Source: Candidatus Latescibacterota bacterium (GTDB lineage Bacteria > Latescibacterota > UBA2968 > UBA8231). Taken from it: a stretch of 64,000 nt of DNA. Shown piece after piece: positions 1 to 10,263 of this stretch (positions are counted from its first letter, which is position 1; each line of letters starts with the position of its first letter). Under the pieces are notes generated by a model. That model worked only from the letters and a program-made list of their open reading frames with translations, was not told the DNA's origin and did not search any database. The stretch covers positions 3,776,001 through 3,840,000 of the forward strand of contig OZ244561.1 of assembly GCA_965217585.1 (NCBI GenBank), read 5' to 3'. The position numbers and the translations under genes are program-made.

Positions 1-263
1 CCGCTCATATCAGCGCGGCCCACGCGTACATGCAAATGAACCGGCCCGGGACGGCCCTCGAGCACTATGCGAAAGCCGTCGAGCTGGTACCCGAGGCACC
101 AGTGATCTGGTACCAGCTCGCTAGGTGTCAGGTGGCCTTGAAGCAGTTGCAGGCGGCTGAAACTTCACTGGAGACAGGGCTGCAAAAGGCGACTTCCAAC
201 GAGGGCTTACGTCTGAAGCTGGAGGCCCTGCTCGCAAAGGTGCGCAAAAGAGAAGGACTCTAA
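1..263 (+). CDS. C-terminal part of a TPR-repeat protein (5' end outside window)
   Basis: ORF reads ALEHYAKAVELVPEAPVIWYQLARCQ, a typical TPR helix pair; stop at 263. Confidence 0.7.
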   Translation, partial: AHISAAHAYMQMNRPGTALEHYAKAVELVPEAPVIWYQLARCQVALKQLQAAETSLETGLQKATSNEGLRLKLEALLAKVRKREGL

Positions 264-278
264 ACCGAGGGGGCTATC

Positions 279-1451
279 ATGAAAAAGCGCAAAATTGGCG
301 TCGGTGTGATCGGCATGGGCTGGATGGGTGTGGTCCACAGCCGCGCCTACAGGATGCTTCCAGACCGCTTTCCGGACTGCCCGGTCGAGCCGGAGTTGCT
401 CGTCTGTGCCGATGCCGTGGAAGAGCGGGCACATCGCGCCCAACAACAATGCGGATTCGCTCGCTGCACTACGGACTGGCGAGAAATACTGGAGGATGGG
501 GATGTAGAGGTGGTCAATATCGCCACGCCCAACCACCTGCACCTCGAGATAGCCACGGCCGCAGCCGCGGCGGGCAAGCACATCCTCTGCGAGAAGCCGG
601 TCGGCCGCAGCCCTCAGGAGACTGCGGCGATCGAGCGGGTGGCGCGGGACGAGGGGGTGCTCACCTTCGTGGGATTCAACTATCGCTGGGCCCCGGCCGT
701 ACAGCGCATCCGGGCCTTGATCCGCGAAGGGAAGCTGGGCGAGTTGACGCACTACAGGGGGCGGTTGTTCGTCGGGTACGCCAGCAACCCGCACAGTGTG
801 CTCTCGTGGCGTCTGCAGGCCGAACTAGCGGGCATGGGCGCGCTGGGCGATCTTATGTCGCATGCGCTGGACACGGCCGGGATGTTGGCAGGACCCATCA
901 GCCGGGTCGTGGGGCAGCGGCAGATCTTTATCAAGGAGCGCCCTCTGAGTACACCCGGTCAGGGGGACCACTACTCCTTGAAAAGCGGCGGTCCGCTTGG
1001 CGCGGTTACCAACGAGGACTACGTTGGCGCCCTGGTACAGTTCGAAAACGGGGTGTACGGCAACCTGGAGGTCTGCCGTGTCATCCAGGGGCCCCGGTCG
1101 GAAATCGGCTTTGATGTGCACGGAACCAGGGGGGCGGTGCGCTGGGACTTCGAGCGCATGAATGAATTCGAACTCTACCTCGTCGACGACGGGGATGACC
1201 GCGGGTACCGGCGGGTACTGGCTGGCCCCGAGCATCCCTTTCACGCCAATTTTTCGCCCGGTGCGGGCATCGGCCTGGGCTACGACGACCTGAAGGTCAT
1301 CGAAGCGCATCAGTTTTTGCAGTCGGTTGCCCGACAAGAACAGGGCGAGCCTGGGTTCGCCGAAGCCCTGGCCGTAGCCCAGGTCCAGGCCGCGATTCTG
1401 CGCTCTTGGGAAACGGAACGATGGGAGGAGGTCGAAAAGATTGCCCATTAG
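279..1451 (+). CDS. Gfo/Idh/MocA family oxidoreductase
   Basis: GVIGMGWMG Rossmann motif, [25 protein letters not shown]; RBS GAGGGG. Confidence 0.93.
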   Translation: MKKRKIGVGVIGMGWMGVVHSRAYRMLPDRFPDCPVEPELLVCADAVEERAHRAQQQCGFARCTTDWREILEDGDVEVVNIATPNHLHLEIATAAAAAGKHILCEKPVGRSPQETAAIERVARDEGVLTFVGFNYRWAPAVQRIRALIREGKLGELTHYRGRLFVGYASNPHSVLSWRLQAELAGMGALGDLMSHALDTAGMLAGPISRVVGQRQIFIKERPLSTPGQGDHYSLKSGGPLGAVTNEDYVGALVQFENGVYGNLEVCRVIQGPRSEIGFDVHGTRGAVRWDFERMNEFELYLVDDGDDRGYRRVLAGPEHPFHANFSPGAGIGLGYDDLKVIEAHQFLQSVARQEQGEPGFAEALAVAQVQAAILRSWETERWEEVEKIAH

Positions 1452-1480
1452 GGAGAAAACACAAGACAAAGCAGGAGAAA

Positions 1481-1969
1481 ATGAAGGGAAAGCTGATCGA
1501 TCTCACCTTGCCGTTGTTCAGCGGCGCGCCCATCTGGTCCCCCGAGCCCAAGACGATTATCACCGACTACTTTACCCTCGGACGCGCTTACGGGGCCGAA
1601 TAAGGCATGAACATGAAGGTCCTCTACATGAGCGGCCACGCCGGGACCCACTGCGACGCGCCCGTGCATCTGCGCTCGGGCAGGCCCTCCCTGGACGAGA
1701 TACCACTGGAACGCTACGTGGGTCGGGCCAGCGTCGCCCATCTGCCCGACAAGGGGTTCGACGATCCGTGGATCGCGATTGCCGATCTGGAACACCTAAG
1801 CGATAAGCTAGGCGAGGGCAGCCGCCTGCTGGTCCACACCGGCTGGGATCGCTTCTGGGAGACGGATAACCAGACCTACTTCGACCAGCAGAAAGCCCCC
1901 AAATTGCACCTGGAAACCTTGGCCTGGCTGCGGTCGCGCCCAACCTTGTTGCCGAAGCAGGCTTCGTAA
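1481..1969 (+). pseudogene. Cyclase family (kynurenine formamidase-like) protein, in-frame stop and 3' truncated
   Basis: MKGKLIDLTLPL start after AGGAG; in-frame TAA at 1601-1603; same frame resumes with the HAGTHCDAP metal motif and LLVHTGW; C-terminal third missing. Confidence 0.85.
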
Positions 1970-2125
1970 GCCAGCGCGTTCACTAGCCACGGCTGGCCCT
2001 GGGTCAACTCCCAGACATGCCGACTGGCCGACCTCGACATCAAGTCGCGCCAAGAGCTGAACGTGATAGTGAATCTCCGCCTTGATGGGGCCGGCAGTGT
2101 TGAAGAAACGCATGGCTGTCGTCAT
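1925..2125 (-). pseudogene. Internally deleted remnant of an AAA-like ATPase of the 'MRFFNTAGP' type
   Basis: N-terminus MRFFNTAGPIKAEIHY joined out of frame to HVWELTQGQPWLVNALAYEACFGNK, which resembles an internal segment of the same family; no Walker motifs left. Confidence 0.7.
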
Positions 2126-2147
2126 TTGTCGCGACTCCTCACTGGAC

Positions 2148-5100
2148 TCAATTGAGTTTCAGCTTGTCGGACACTTCAGCGAGCAGCTCATTGATCTTTT
2201 CCACCGCCTCTGGGTCGGGTGTGGTTTCTCCACCAAACTCGATGCGGATGTTGAACTTGAGGGTATTGCCGACGGCGGCCTTGGTAATGTCTGGAATCTG
2301 ATCGGCCAAATCTTGGATGCCATTGGCTTCAAGGACATCTTCGGCCATGAGGAGTCCCCGTGGTTTGGGCTCAGAGGGTTCCTCGCGTGCTGTGGAAGGT
2401 ACCTGGAAGATCACCTGTTGAGCACCGGCCAAGTCGCACGGCCATGCGGCGCTCTCACTGCTCAACTCGATCCAGCGCGCACGGATACCATCTTCTATCG
2501 CCGACTTCACCGTAGGCCACGGCAAATTGACGCCCCGCTTGGTCGAAAGTGCAGTGGCAATGGCGAGGGCGTTGGCCTTGCTGTCTTTCCAAGCATCGGG
2601 GATCGACTTGGCCATCAGTTCGTCCACGTCAATCCGCTCGGGTGGCGGCCTTAATATCGCGGCGGCACTGAGCACTCCAGCAGGGACTGGCTCTTCTATG
2701 ATTGAGGCTGGTCCGCTGGTCAACCACACCACTCCCTGCTCGACGGCTTGTGAGATCGCGGTCTCGACATCCGCTGGTTCGCACTTCGGGATGCTGAGCA
2801 TCTCTTCGTAGCCCTCTCTGGGTACGCTCACGGTGTGGCTGCCGAAAAAATAGTCGTACACGTCTTGAACACTGATCTCCGCAGCCGACCAAAGCCCCGG
2901 GATTTTTTGATATTCGAGCAGATCGGGCACGAGGTCGCTTAGAGTGGCTGCTTCGGGCAGCAGTACCTCAAGCCCTGAATCCTTGAGGGCTGGCTCGTCG
3001 ATAGCCGTGCGCCAGAATGTCCTAGCGGTACGGTCTGGGCGCACGACTCGCGCTACCCAGATTCCTTGCTGAACCCCTTGCACGACGGTATCCAGAATTT
3101 CCTTCTGGCGCAGCATTTTGGGCAGCTTGGGGAACTGGGCGAAGGCACCGACCAGATCCTTGACCCGGCGAGAATCCTCTCCTTCGCGCCACAAGTCATA
3201 GGGACCGCCTGGCATCATTGCCTCTGAGCTGATGGCGGTTTCCTGGATGCGCGCTCGCGGATCGGCCTTGATGGTGGTGAACAAGGGTGCGTCGGTCACC
3301 ACGACTTTGAAGGCGTGGATGTCGTTGTTCTCGTTGACAGTGACAACCAAGGAGTACGCTTGCCTGATAGCCCCAGGGATGTGCTTTCTCGCCGCCTCTG
3401 TTTCGTTGATGAGCATCTGCTCGCGGATTGGGTCAATAGGCTGATTCTTGAGTTGGTCGCGGACCTCCTCCCAACCGAGATACTCCCGCGCCCGCCTGCG
3501 CGCCGCGTCGAGACCTTCCCGGGAAGGAACGGCGAGAACGATGGCGTTGCGATGGACTCGGGGGCGGTCAGGCGCAGTCGTCTCGTCGATAAATCGCTTG
3601 GCTTCGGCGCTTGGTTTGCCAGACTCCGAGGCCGCTTGCGGGCCAAGGACTGCGTAGTGGAACTCGCCGTCGTCCGCGATGTCGCGCGGTCTTTCTGGCA
3701 GGTTGTGGACCTTTGCGCCGGCCGCGGATGCGCCAGTGGTGAGTACCTTCAGTTTTTCGATGGCATTGATGATCTGTGATTCCACGAGGGGGGGCGATAC
3801 GCGGGAGGTGCAGGCATCGTGGTGCATCTGTCGTAGGTTGGGGCGATTGCCCAGCCGCCACGCCTTGGGCAATCCCTCGTCTTCTGATCCTGTGGAGACC
3901 TCCACCTCGTCGAGAAACCAAGAGAGTTCCGTCCAGCGACGCAGGGCCTTTTCCAATTCTATTTTATCCGGCTTGGCCGCTCCGATCAGCACCATCAGTT
4001 CCTGAGTCAGCGCCTTGTGGCCAATGGGTTGGGAACTCAGAAACACCGCAACAGCCGCCTTTTCCATCTCCCGGTGGCCCAAGCCGGTCGTCTCGGACTG
4101 AATGGTGCGCGCCTTGGCTAGCTCACCTTCGAGAATTGGCCGCCATTCTTGGTGCTTGCCGGTATCTGTGTCAACGCTGGCAAAGGAAGCAAGTTCACTT
4201 GCGGCTTCGGCCAAGTCGTTCTTGTCCGGCTCGTTCAAAAACACATTCGGCCCAACCAGTGGGCTCGTGTCCCACTTCTCGGCATCGCGCAGGGCAATGG
4301 CAAATGTCCGCAGGATGCCACGGGTGCGCTGGAAGCCGTCGAGTTGGGTCCAGCGGGTGTAGAAGACGTCGGAGAGATCTGGGTGGAAGGGATAGCTGCT
4401 TAGATAGCGATCCTCCGCGCTTCCCCGCTCTTTCTGGGTCTGTTCGTCGAGCGCGGCGATGCTGCTTACTACCGAAGTGACGTGTGGGCGGAAAGCGCCT
4501 GGATCGCTAATCGACTCAGGTTTGAAAAAGCGCCGCCGCAGCACTTCCGCCACATCCTCCTTGCTCACGGGGCTGGCGTCTTCTTCCATCTGGCGGCCAA
4601 AGACTTCGGACACGTCTCGCAGCAGTTCGCTGCCAAAGGCATCGTGCTTCCTCGGATCGGAGGCGAGCAGCGAGGCTACCATGGCGCAGCGGTCCACTTT
4701 TACGACTGCTTGCGTGAGGTACTGGAAAAAGCTGATCAGGCGTCCGCGCGAATCTGAGGCGGCTTCGACCTGAGCGCGGATATACATCAATACCTCGTCG
4801 AGCAGCACCAGCGTCGAGAGATCGTCTTGTTGCGGTTTCGACAGCAGGTCTACCACGAGCGGTTCCGCCGGGGGGGTGTCGCGCTCGGCGTCTTTGCCGT
4901 CGGCGTGAATGAGTTTAAGGCCGTCTGCTCCCGCCAGTTGAAAGGCGAGGATGCTCCACGGATGCTTGAGCATCCTGATCGTGCCGTCGGGACTTGGCGT
5001 CTCGACGCCTTTCTCTAGGTCAATCTTGTCGAAGCACAGCGCCGCGATCCGCGCCTTGGGCGCTTTGGAGCCGATGGACGCCTCGAACTCCTCTACCGCC

Positions 5101-5441
5101 GGCAGGTCGGGCAGGGTGGCTGGATCGTGGACTAGGTGCCTAAGTGTGATGAGCGTATGGGTTTTGCCGCCGCCGTAGTTGACCGAGAGCTTTCGGTACG
5201 CCTTGTCGCTTTTGCCGGCCAAGCGCAGGGCCACGTCTTTGACTAGTTCCCGCAGATTGTAGGTGGGATAGGTGAGAGCGAAGAACTCGGCGGGATGTTC
5301 GTACACTGGCCGCTGGCCTTTCTGCATGACCACGTCGTATAGGTCGGCGGCGAATACGGCCAGCGACAGTTCGCCGGTCTTTAGGTCGTCGCGCAGTTGC
5401 ACGACCTCGTGCCAGGGTTTATAGGAAGGCTTTGTTGTCAT
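2148..5441 (-). CDS. DUF499 family AAA+ ATPase (1097 aa), defence-associated
   Basis: PWHEVVQLRDDL..GEL..FAADL N-terminus, Walker A YGGGKTH, Walker B LLDEV, SYPFHP, FQRTRGILR. Confidence 0.88.
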   Translation of the reverse strand: MTTKPSYKPWHEVVQLRDDLKTGELSLAVFAADLYDVVMQKGQRPVYEHPAEFFALTYPTYNLRELVKDVALRLAGKSDKAYRKLSVNYGGGKTHTLITLRHLVHDPATLPDLPAVEEFEASIGSKAPKARIAALCFDKIDLEKGVETPSPDGTIRMLKHPWSILAFQLAGADGLKLIHADGKDAERDTPPAEPLVVDLLSKPQQDDLSTLVLLDEVLMYIRAQVEAASDSRGRLISFFQYLTQAVVKVDRCAMVASLLASDPRKHDAFGSELLRDVSEVFGRQMEEDASPVSKEDVAEVLRRRFFKPESISDPGAFRPHVTSVVSSIAALDEQTQKERGSAEDRYLSSYPFHPDLSDVFYTRWTQLDGFQRTRGILRTFAIALRDAEKWDTSPLVGPNVFLNEPDKNDLAEAASELASFASVDTDTGKHQEWRPILEGELAKARTIQSETTGLGHREMEKAAVAVFLSSQPIGHKALTQELMVLIGAAKPDKIELEKALRRWTELSWFLDEVEVSTGSEDEGLPKAWRLGNRPNLRQMHHDACTSRVSPPLVESQIINAIEKLKVLTTGASAAGAKVHNLPERPRDIADDGEFHYAVLGPQAASESGKPSAEAKRFIDETTAPDRPRVHRNAIVLAVPSREGLDAARRRAREYLGWEEVRDQLKNQPIDPIREQMLINETEAARKHIPGAIRQAYSLVVTVNENNDIHAFKVVVTDAPLFTTIKADPRARIQETAISSEAMMPGGPYDLWREGEDSRRVKDLVGAFAQFPKLPKMLRQKEILDTVVQGVQQGIWVARVVRPDRTARTFWRTAIDEPALKDSGLEVLLPEAATLSDLVPDLLEYQKIPGLWSAAEISVQDVYDYFFGSHTVSVPREGYEEMLSIPKCEPADVETAISQAVEQGVVWLTSGPASIIEEPVPAGVLSAAAILRPPPERIDVDELMAKSIPDAWKDSKANALAIATALSTKRGVNLPWPTVKSAIEDGIRARWIELSSESAAWPCDLAGAQQVIFQVPSTAREEPSEPKPRGLLMAEDVLEANGIQDLADQIPDITKAAVGNTLKFNIRIEFGGETTPDPEAVEKINELLAEVSDKLKLN

Positions 5442-5453
5442 ATCAAACCTCGT

Positions 5454-6026
5454 TCAGGTATTTTGTATCGTGGCTTCGAGACGCTGGGCAAGGGCGTCAA
5501 AGTCCTCGGGACATTTCTGCCGAATCGCGCCAATCCGGCGGGACGCCTCTTCTCCCAGATGCTTTCGACCACCGCCCAGTGCGTCCGATAATCCGCGCTG
5601 GGCAGCGAGCGGCTCAAAATAAGTTTCCTTGACTTGTACTTCCGCTCGAACGGTGCTCCAATTCCAATCTGTGGGCAAGTTCAAGCCCGCGAGGATCCAG
5701 GTTTCAATCTCTTCCCAGGCGTTCTCGGCCAGGAAGGTTTGTCCGTTGTCGAACTTCTTTTGGAGCTGGTCGAGTCTCTGATGTCGCCCTTTCTTGCCGT
5801 CCCGATCTATGCACAGGATGAAGATATCCGTCATTCCTCCATGTTTTCTGACGACCTCTGTAATGCGCCCTGATTTCAGCGCTTCTTCGACGCCGCCAAG
5901 CAGCGGATCACGGCAAACGTCAACATGTACACGCCGCCTAACAATGGACTGAAAGAGACGCGAGAAAAGAGGTTTCAGAATGTACTGATCGTTGCGGAAG
6001 TCCTCGGGAATGATGAGAACATTCAT
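5454..6026 (-). CDS. TOPRIM-like (DUF4276/RloB-like) partner of upstream ABC ATPase
   Basis: N-terminal IIPED, IDRD, EEIETWILA; ATGA overlap with ATPase stop. Confidence 0.6.
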   Translation of the reverse strand: MNVLIIPEDFRNDQYILKPLFSRLFQSIVRRRVHVDVCRDPLLGGVEEALKSGRITEVVRKHGGMTDIFILCIDRDGKKGRHQRLDQLQKKFDNGQTFLAENAWEEIETWILAGLNLPTDWNWSTVRAEVQVKETYFEPLAAQRGLSDALGGGRKHLGEEASRRIGAIRQKCPEDFDALAQRLEATIQNT

Positions 6027-7261
6027 TCTCCATCTCCCTCGGCTTCGTCGTGGTTTTCAGTGAAGGCGAGTGCGGTTTCCATCCAGCCTTCGGTAAGCAG
6101 CCCTCCCAATCCTCTCCCGGACTTGCGCAATTTCTTGGCGTCGGGCAGTTCGGCAACCGGGCGGATGATGGCGTCGTGCGAGTCTTCCAGCCGGCAAACG
6201 ACGGACATATTCTCAAACGTGCTGTCGTTGACAAAAGTCAACAGGTCCGGTGCATGGGTGGTGGTCATTATCTGAATGTTGTTCTTAGCGGCCTGCTTTT
6301 CGATCAGTTCGAGCAAGAGCCATTGCCGCGCCGGGTGGATGCCGGTATCGATCTCCTCGAAGAAATACAGGCCCTTGGGGTTTTCTCCGAGCAGTACAGA
6401 CAGCATGGCGAGAAAACGTAGCGTGCCGTCTGACGCGCTATAGGCCGATACCTTTCTCCCATTTGTCTCACAGAGCATAAGATGGACCCGACCGCTAGGA
6501 TCAAGCTGAAATTCGAAATCCTTTATGTCCATGGGCGTTAGTTCGTGTACCCAACTTGCCAAAATCTCTCGACGCTTGGGGTCATCGCAGATCTCCTTTA
6601 GTACCGTCGATAAATTCTCGCCGGAGTCTCCCAATATGTTCGCGCCGGGGAAACCAGGTTCCCGCATTTGGTCTGGCGACGGTTCTAGAAAACGCATGTT
6701 GACAAAGATCGAGTGGAGTTCCTCAATATCTTGGTCGCCGGGAAAGCGAAAATTTACCTTTTGGCTAAGCGGTGATAGATGCGTTAGGGCTAGTTGGTCT
6801 GGAGGTATAGGGATATTAGGCTCTTCAGACGTTCCGATTTCGATTATTATGCCACTATGGCGATGGAAAACAGATGTCGCACCAGATATAAGTTGTTCCC
6901 TTGACACCCAGAAGTGATCGATCCTTTGAGGGTTGTATCTGTCCGAAATCGATGAGATCTCCATCGAGTAGTGTAGTTCAATGCCGTTCAGATCGACTCC
7001 GACGTCCAGAGAAAACTCGGCCTGCCCGAACCGGACAATCTCATTCACCGCACCACGAATAGGCTTCCAGGCCGCTCCGTATTTGCCACCGAAAATCTCG
7101 GCTAGCGTGTAGCCCCGGCCGATACCGTGCAGAAAGCGGAAGGCGTCGCGGATATTGCTCTTGCCGCTGGCGTTCGCGCCTACGATTATGGTGAACGGGC
7201 CGACGCGCAAGGTTTCGTCGGCGAAGTTCTTGAAATTTACGAGGCGAATCGACGTAATCAT
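6023..7261 (-). CDS. AAA_21/OLD-like ABC ATPase
   Basis: GANASGKS Walker A, SDGT signature, FFEEIDTGIHP Walker B, TTH switch. Confidence 0.9.
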   Translation of the reverse strand: MITSIRLVNFKNFADETLRVGPFTIIVGANASGKSNIRDAFRFLHGIGRGYTLAEIFGGKYGAAWKPIRGAVNEIVRFGQAEFSLDVGVDLNGIELHYSMEISSISDRYNPQRIDHFWVSREQLISGATSVFHRHSGIIIEIGTSEEPNIPIPPDQLALTHLSPLSQKVNFRFPGDQDIEELHSIFVNMRFLEPSPDQMREPGFPGANILGDSGENLSTVLKEICDDPKRREILASWVHELTPMDIKDFEFQLDPSGRVHLMLCETNGRKVSAYSASDGTLRFLAMLSVLLGENPKGLYFFEEIDTGIHPARQWLLLELIEKQAAKNNIQIMTTTHAPDLLTFVNDSTFENMSVVCRLEDSHDAIIRPVAELPDAKKLRKSGRGLGGLLTEGWMETALAFTENHDEAEGDGE

Positions 7262-7689
7262 CAGCCTTCCTCCGGTTGACTATTACCAAGCTCTGGGGAC
7301 AGCCGGTCCGCCGCCCACTGAATTACGGCTTCGGCGATCCCTATCGCATCTCTGTAGTCCTGTTCGGACACAGGCTGTTCGACGCTTGGATAGCGCGTGT
7401 CCACGGCATAGGGAGTGAGTCTCGTAGCGCGACGAACCTCATCCGGGACATTCTCCCCATCTTCTTCGAGTATCGACAGCAAAAGGGCCAAGTCGTGTAC
7501 ATAGGGGAAGTCAATATTGCGAGATATCATCACGGCTTTGATCGCTTTCTCGGCAGCCTGCTGCGTCCCGAAGCACAGGTCTTCCAAGTAGGCATCGGGA
7601 ACGCGATTCCTCGCCATCGCGAGACTGCTTTTGGCGCGGTTCAGCCATTCGCGGGGATCATCCGGCGGAAAGCGTTCAGGCGGCTTCAT
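7261..7689 (-). CDS. HEPN domain protein (MNT-HEPN toxin-antitoxin type)
   Basis: QQAAEKAIKA, HDLALL, TRYP; overlaps the upstream nucleotidyltransferase. Confidence 0.88.
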   Translation of the reverse strand: MKPPERFPPDDPREWLNRAKSSLAMARNRVPDAYLEDLCFGTQQAAEKAIKAVMISRNIDFPYVHDLALLLSILEEDGENVPDEVRRATRLTPYAVDTRYPSVEQPVSEQDYRDAIGIAEAVIQWAADRLSPELGNSQPEEG

Positions 7690-7999
7690 ACACCACTTTT
7701 CCCTCTTGTAGTGCCGGTTTGATGACCAACGCATGGCTATCCTTGTAGCGTTCTACATCTGTCGGCGAGACTAGAATCGCGTCAACCGCGACGCGCACGC
7801 CGTACATCTTCTCGTAAATCTGAGCCCTGAGATTTGCGTCGCCGCCCTCCTTGATGATTAGGAGATCTACATCGCTGTTCCGCGTCATGCCGCCTCGGGC
7901 GGCGGAGCCGAAGAGTATAATCCGCTCCGGCTGCGCGACCTCTACGACACGCCGGATGATGTCATCTAGGGTCTTCTGATCAAGCACTTGTTTTTTCAC
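7676..7999 (-). CDS. Minimal nucleotidyltransferase (MNT)
   Basis: LFGSAARG...SDVDLLII motif; GTG start overlaps the upstream TGA. Confidence 0.9.
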   Translation of the reverse strand: MKKQVLDQKTLDDIIRRVVEVAQPERIILFGSAARGGMTRNSDVDLLIIKEGGDANLRAQIYEKMYGVRVAVDAILVSPTDVERYKDSHALVIKPALQEGKVVYEAA

Positions 8000-8622
8000 T
8001 GATCTTCTTTCTCGGGCGGAAACCAATTGCTCAGAATACCTTTGAGTTCTATGAACGCTGTATCCGTACATCGACGCAGGGAGACTCTTTCTGCAATCTG
8101 CTGATATAAGGAGGCACTGCGCGGTTTCCGTGCTTCCCGTAAGGCTGCTTCGAAAGCCTCTTTGGGCCGAGCCGGCTTGACCTCACCCGTTTGCAAATAG
8201 TCTTGTTCGATCAACCAAGGTCGAAGCCTAGGATTGCGGTTTTTCCATCCTACTACCTCGTCGATGTGCGGAGAGTCGCTCCAAATCCACACTTCCAGTT
8301 CCGGTACCAGCACGATTGCCCTTGCCCGATTGCCCCATGCCGAACTGGCGAATTCCTCATTGAGACTTTTTTGCAACTCTTGGGGCGCAATCGCCTCCTT
8401 TCCACTTCCTTCATGATCGAATATGAGCAAACCATAACGATACTGTCCCGAGAGATTATCTAGGAAATCAATGCCGCGCAGTGCGCATGCAGGGTCGTGC
8501 TCTGGGTGGACGAAAATATCCTCCTCGACGGTGCGCATGCCCAACGCCTCCGGCCTTGAGAGCATACCTCTCAGCGCGAATTCCAAGTCTTTGTCGGCGG
8601 CGAGAATGACCAGATCCTTCAT
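7996..8622 (-). CDS. ATPase-partner protein, MAD4-like/TOPRIM-like putative nuclease
   Basis: MKDLVILAADKD, HDP, FDHEG, PELEVWIW; ATGA overlap with the ATPase; MAD4 resemblance recalled, not searched. Confidence 0.55.
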   Translation of the reverse strand: MKDLVILAADKDLEFALRGMLSRPEALGMRTVEEDIFVHPEHDPACALRGIDFLDNLSGQYRYGLLIFDHEGSGKEAIAPQELQKSLNEEFASSAWGNRARAIVLVPELEVWIWSDSPHIDEVVGWKNRNPRLRPWLIEQDYLQTGEVKPARPKEAFEAALREARKPRSASLYQQIAERVSLRRCTDTAFIELKGILSNWFPPEKEDQ

Positions 8623-9878
8623 CCCAAAATCCCCGAGGCGAGGAGCGTGCCGAGATTGGCTTCTCCACGCCACTGCTGCAGTTTGGGATGCTCGGAACCG
8701 AGTACGATGTCCGTCGATCCTGTGCTATCCTTGGCAAAGCACAACAATTCTCCCATCTCGGCGGCGTTCAATACTACTGGCGAATGAGTCGCCAGCAGGA
8801 CCTGGCCATCATACACCGAGGAAAGGGAATCATATACGGCAGCAACGGCGCTAGGATGAATCCCATTCTCCGGCTCTTCAATCAAATAGATCCCTTGGAG
8901 CTCGTCGAGATACGCCGGCAAGGTCAGTGCCGTCAGTCGAAGCGTGCCATCGGATACAAGCCAGGAAGGGACTTGCAGCCCACTCTCGTACTCGTAAACC
9001 ATGTAGCAATGTCTGTCCTCCGGGCGTTCAACGGTAGCGATGTCAACGAGATCGGGGAGCGCCGTCCGCAGGTGGGCAATCCAGTCGCGGTACCGCTCCC
9101 CTTCTTCCTGGCGCAGACGACCGACGACCCAGGGCAGATTTGATCCATCGGGTAAAAAACCTGAAACTCGGGTCGGCGGACTGGGTTGTCTGATCGCGAG
9201 GCTGTTAAGAACAAACTGCTGGACGCCGGTGCTCAAATATCCTCGAAACCAAGTAGCCACAGGAAAGGACTTTGTGTCCGCTGGAAGATTACCGAGAGCA
9301 CAGTTTTTGGAGCCAAGTGAGAACCAGGGAGTTAATTCCCTTTTCTCCTCATAAACGATCTCGGTGAGATAGACGTCATCCTCTCCCGACATCTTTTCGA
9401 CTACAACCATTACTTCGTGTCCGCGGCCAGGAGTCAGCAGTGAATTTGACGCGCTAAAAGGCATCGGGAATGACGAGCGCTGTGCCGAATCCACTTCATT
9501 GGTCTTCTTCAGTAGAAACTTCTCCGCCTTGAACTCAAACTGGCGCTCTGTTTCGTCGAAACCGAGAGCCACTTCGTAGCGCGCGGTGTCCAGCTCTGGT
9601 CTCGCCGTACGCCTGCGCAGCTCATCGGGTATACTGGCCTCGATGGCCAATTCCAACGTATCACCTTGACGCTGAAAGAGAAGTTCTTGCGGGTTGTTGG
9701 TTCGGCGCGACAGCGCCTCATCCAACCCCTCGGATACTAGATCCCGTAGAAAGCCGACGACATCGAGAAAGGTCGATTTACCGGACGCATTCGGTCCGAC
9801 GAGGACGTGAAACGGCCCGAGGGGTCTCGACACGTAGCGTAAGCATCGATAATTCAAGGCTTCAATCAGTGTGACCAT
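8619..9878 (-). CDS. AAA_21/OLD-like ABC ATPase, MAD3-like
   Basis: GPNASGKST, SDGTLR, LIEEPENGIHP, ATHSP. Confidence 0.85.
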   Translation of the reverse strand: MVTLIEALNYRCLRYVSRPLGPFHVLVGPNASGKSTFLDVVGFLRDLVSEGLDEALSRRTNNPQELLFQRQGDTLELAIEASIPDELRRRTARPELDTARYEVALGFDETERQFEFKAEKFLLKKTNEVDSAQRSSFPMPFSASNSLLTPGRGHEVMVVVEKMSGEDDVYLTEIVYEEKRELTPWFSLGSKNCALGNLPADTKSFPVATWFRGYLSTGVQQFVLNSLAIRQPSPPTRVSGFLPDGSNLPWVVGRLRQEEGERYRDWIAHLRTALPDLVDIATVERPEDRHCYMVYEYESGLQVPSWLVSDGTLRLTALTLPAYLDELQGIYLIEEPENGIHPSAVAAVYDSLSSVYDGQVLLATHSPVVLNAAEMGELLCFAKDSTGSTDIVLGSEHPKLQQWRGEANLGTLLASGILG

Positions 9879-9930
9879 CTATCTGCCCTCTCATTTCGAG
9901 AAGTTTTTGAAATTCGCGGACCGGGGCCTT

Positions 9931-10155
9931 TTACGCGAACTCGTACAAAGGCACTGTACTCACTGGTTGGTGCTTATCTTGAAGCAGGGCCTCGATTTTG
10001 CGAACCGTGTCCGGTCTCAGCAGCACATCTCCGCATACGGAACAAATGTCAGCCGGAACGTGGTCAATGACCATTACTTGACCATGGTGCCGTACGGTGT
10101 GCATGACTTTTCCCGCTTCGTATTCTCCTAGACATCCATCAATGCTGCATTTCAT
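9931..10155 (-). CDS. YgiT-type (MqsA N-terminal-like) zinc finger protein
   Basis: MKCSIDGC...VPADICSVCGD; RBS GAGGAG. Confidence 0.85.
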   Translation of the reverse strand: MKCSIDGCLGEYEAGKVMHTVRHHGQVMVIDHVPADICSVCGDVLLRPDTVRKIEALLQDKHQPVSTVPLYEFA

Positions 10156-10211
10156 GGCGATTGTCTCCTCTGAGTCGGAGTAATCCATTTGGGCGATTTG
10201 GGTTCGTAAAC
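10152..10211 (-). pseudogene. 3' remnant of a DUF4258-like toxin truncated by the IS
   Basis: Reads VYEPKSPKWITPTQRRQSP*, with ATGA overlap onto the YgiT gene; abuts the IS end. Confidence 0.6.
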
Positions 10212-10263
10212 GGCTTTGTTGCATGAAACCAGGTCGGCTGTGTTGGCCTCTTGGTTTTTTGGT

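Noticed and set aside
1601-1603. Programmed readthrough or recoded stop in the cyclase
   Set aside because: The codon is TAA, which ends many genes here, and the gene is also 3' truncated; pseudogene or sequencing error is simpler
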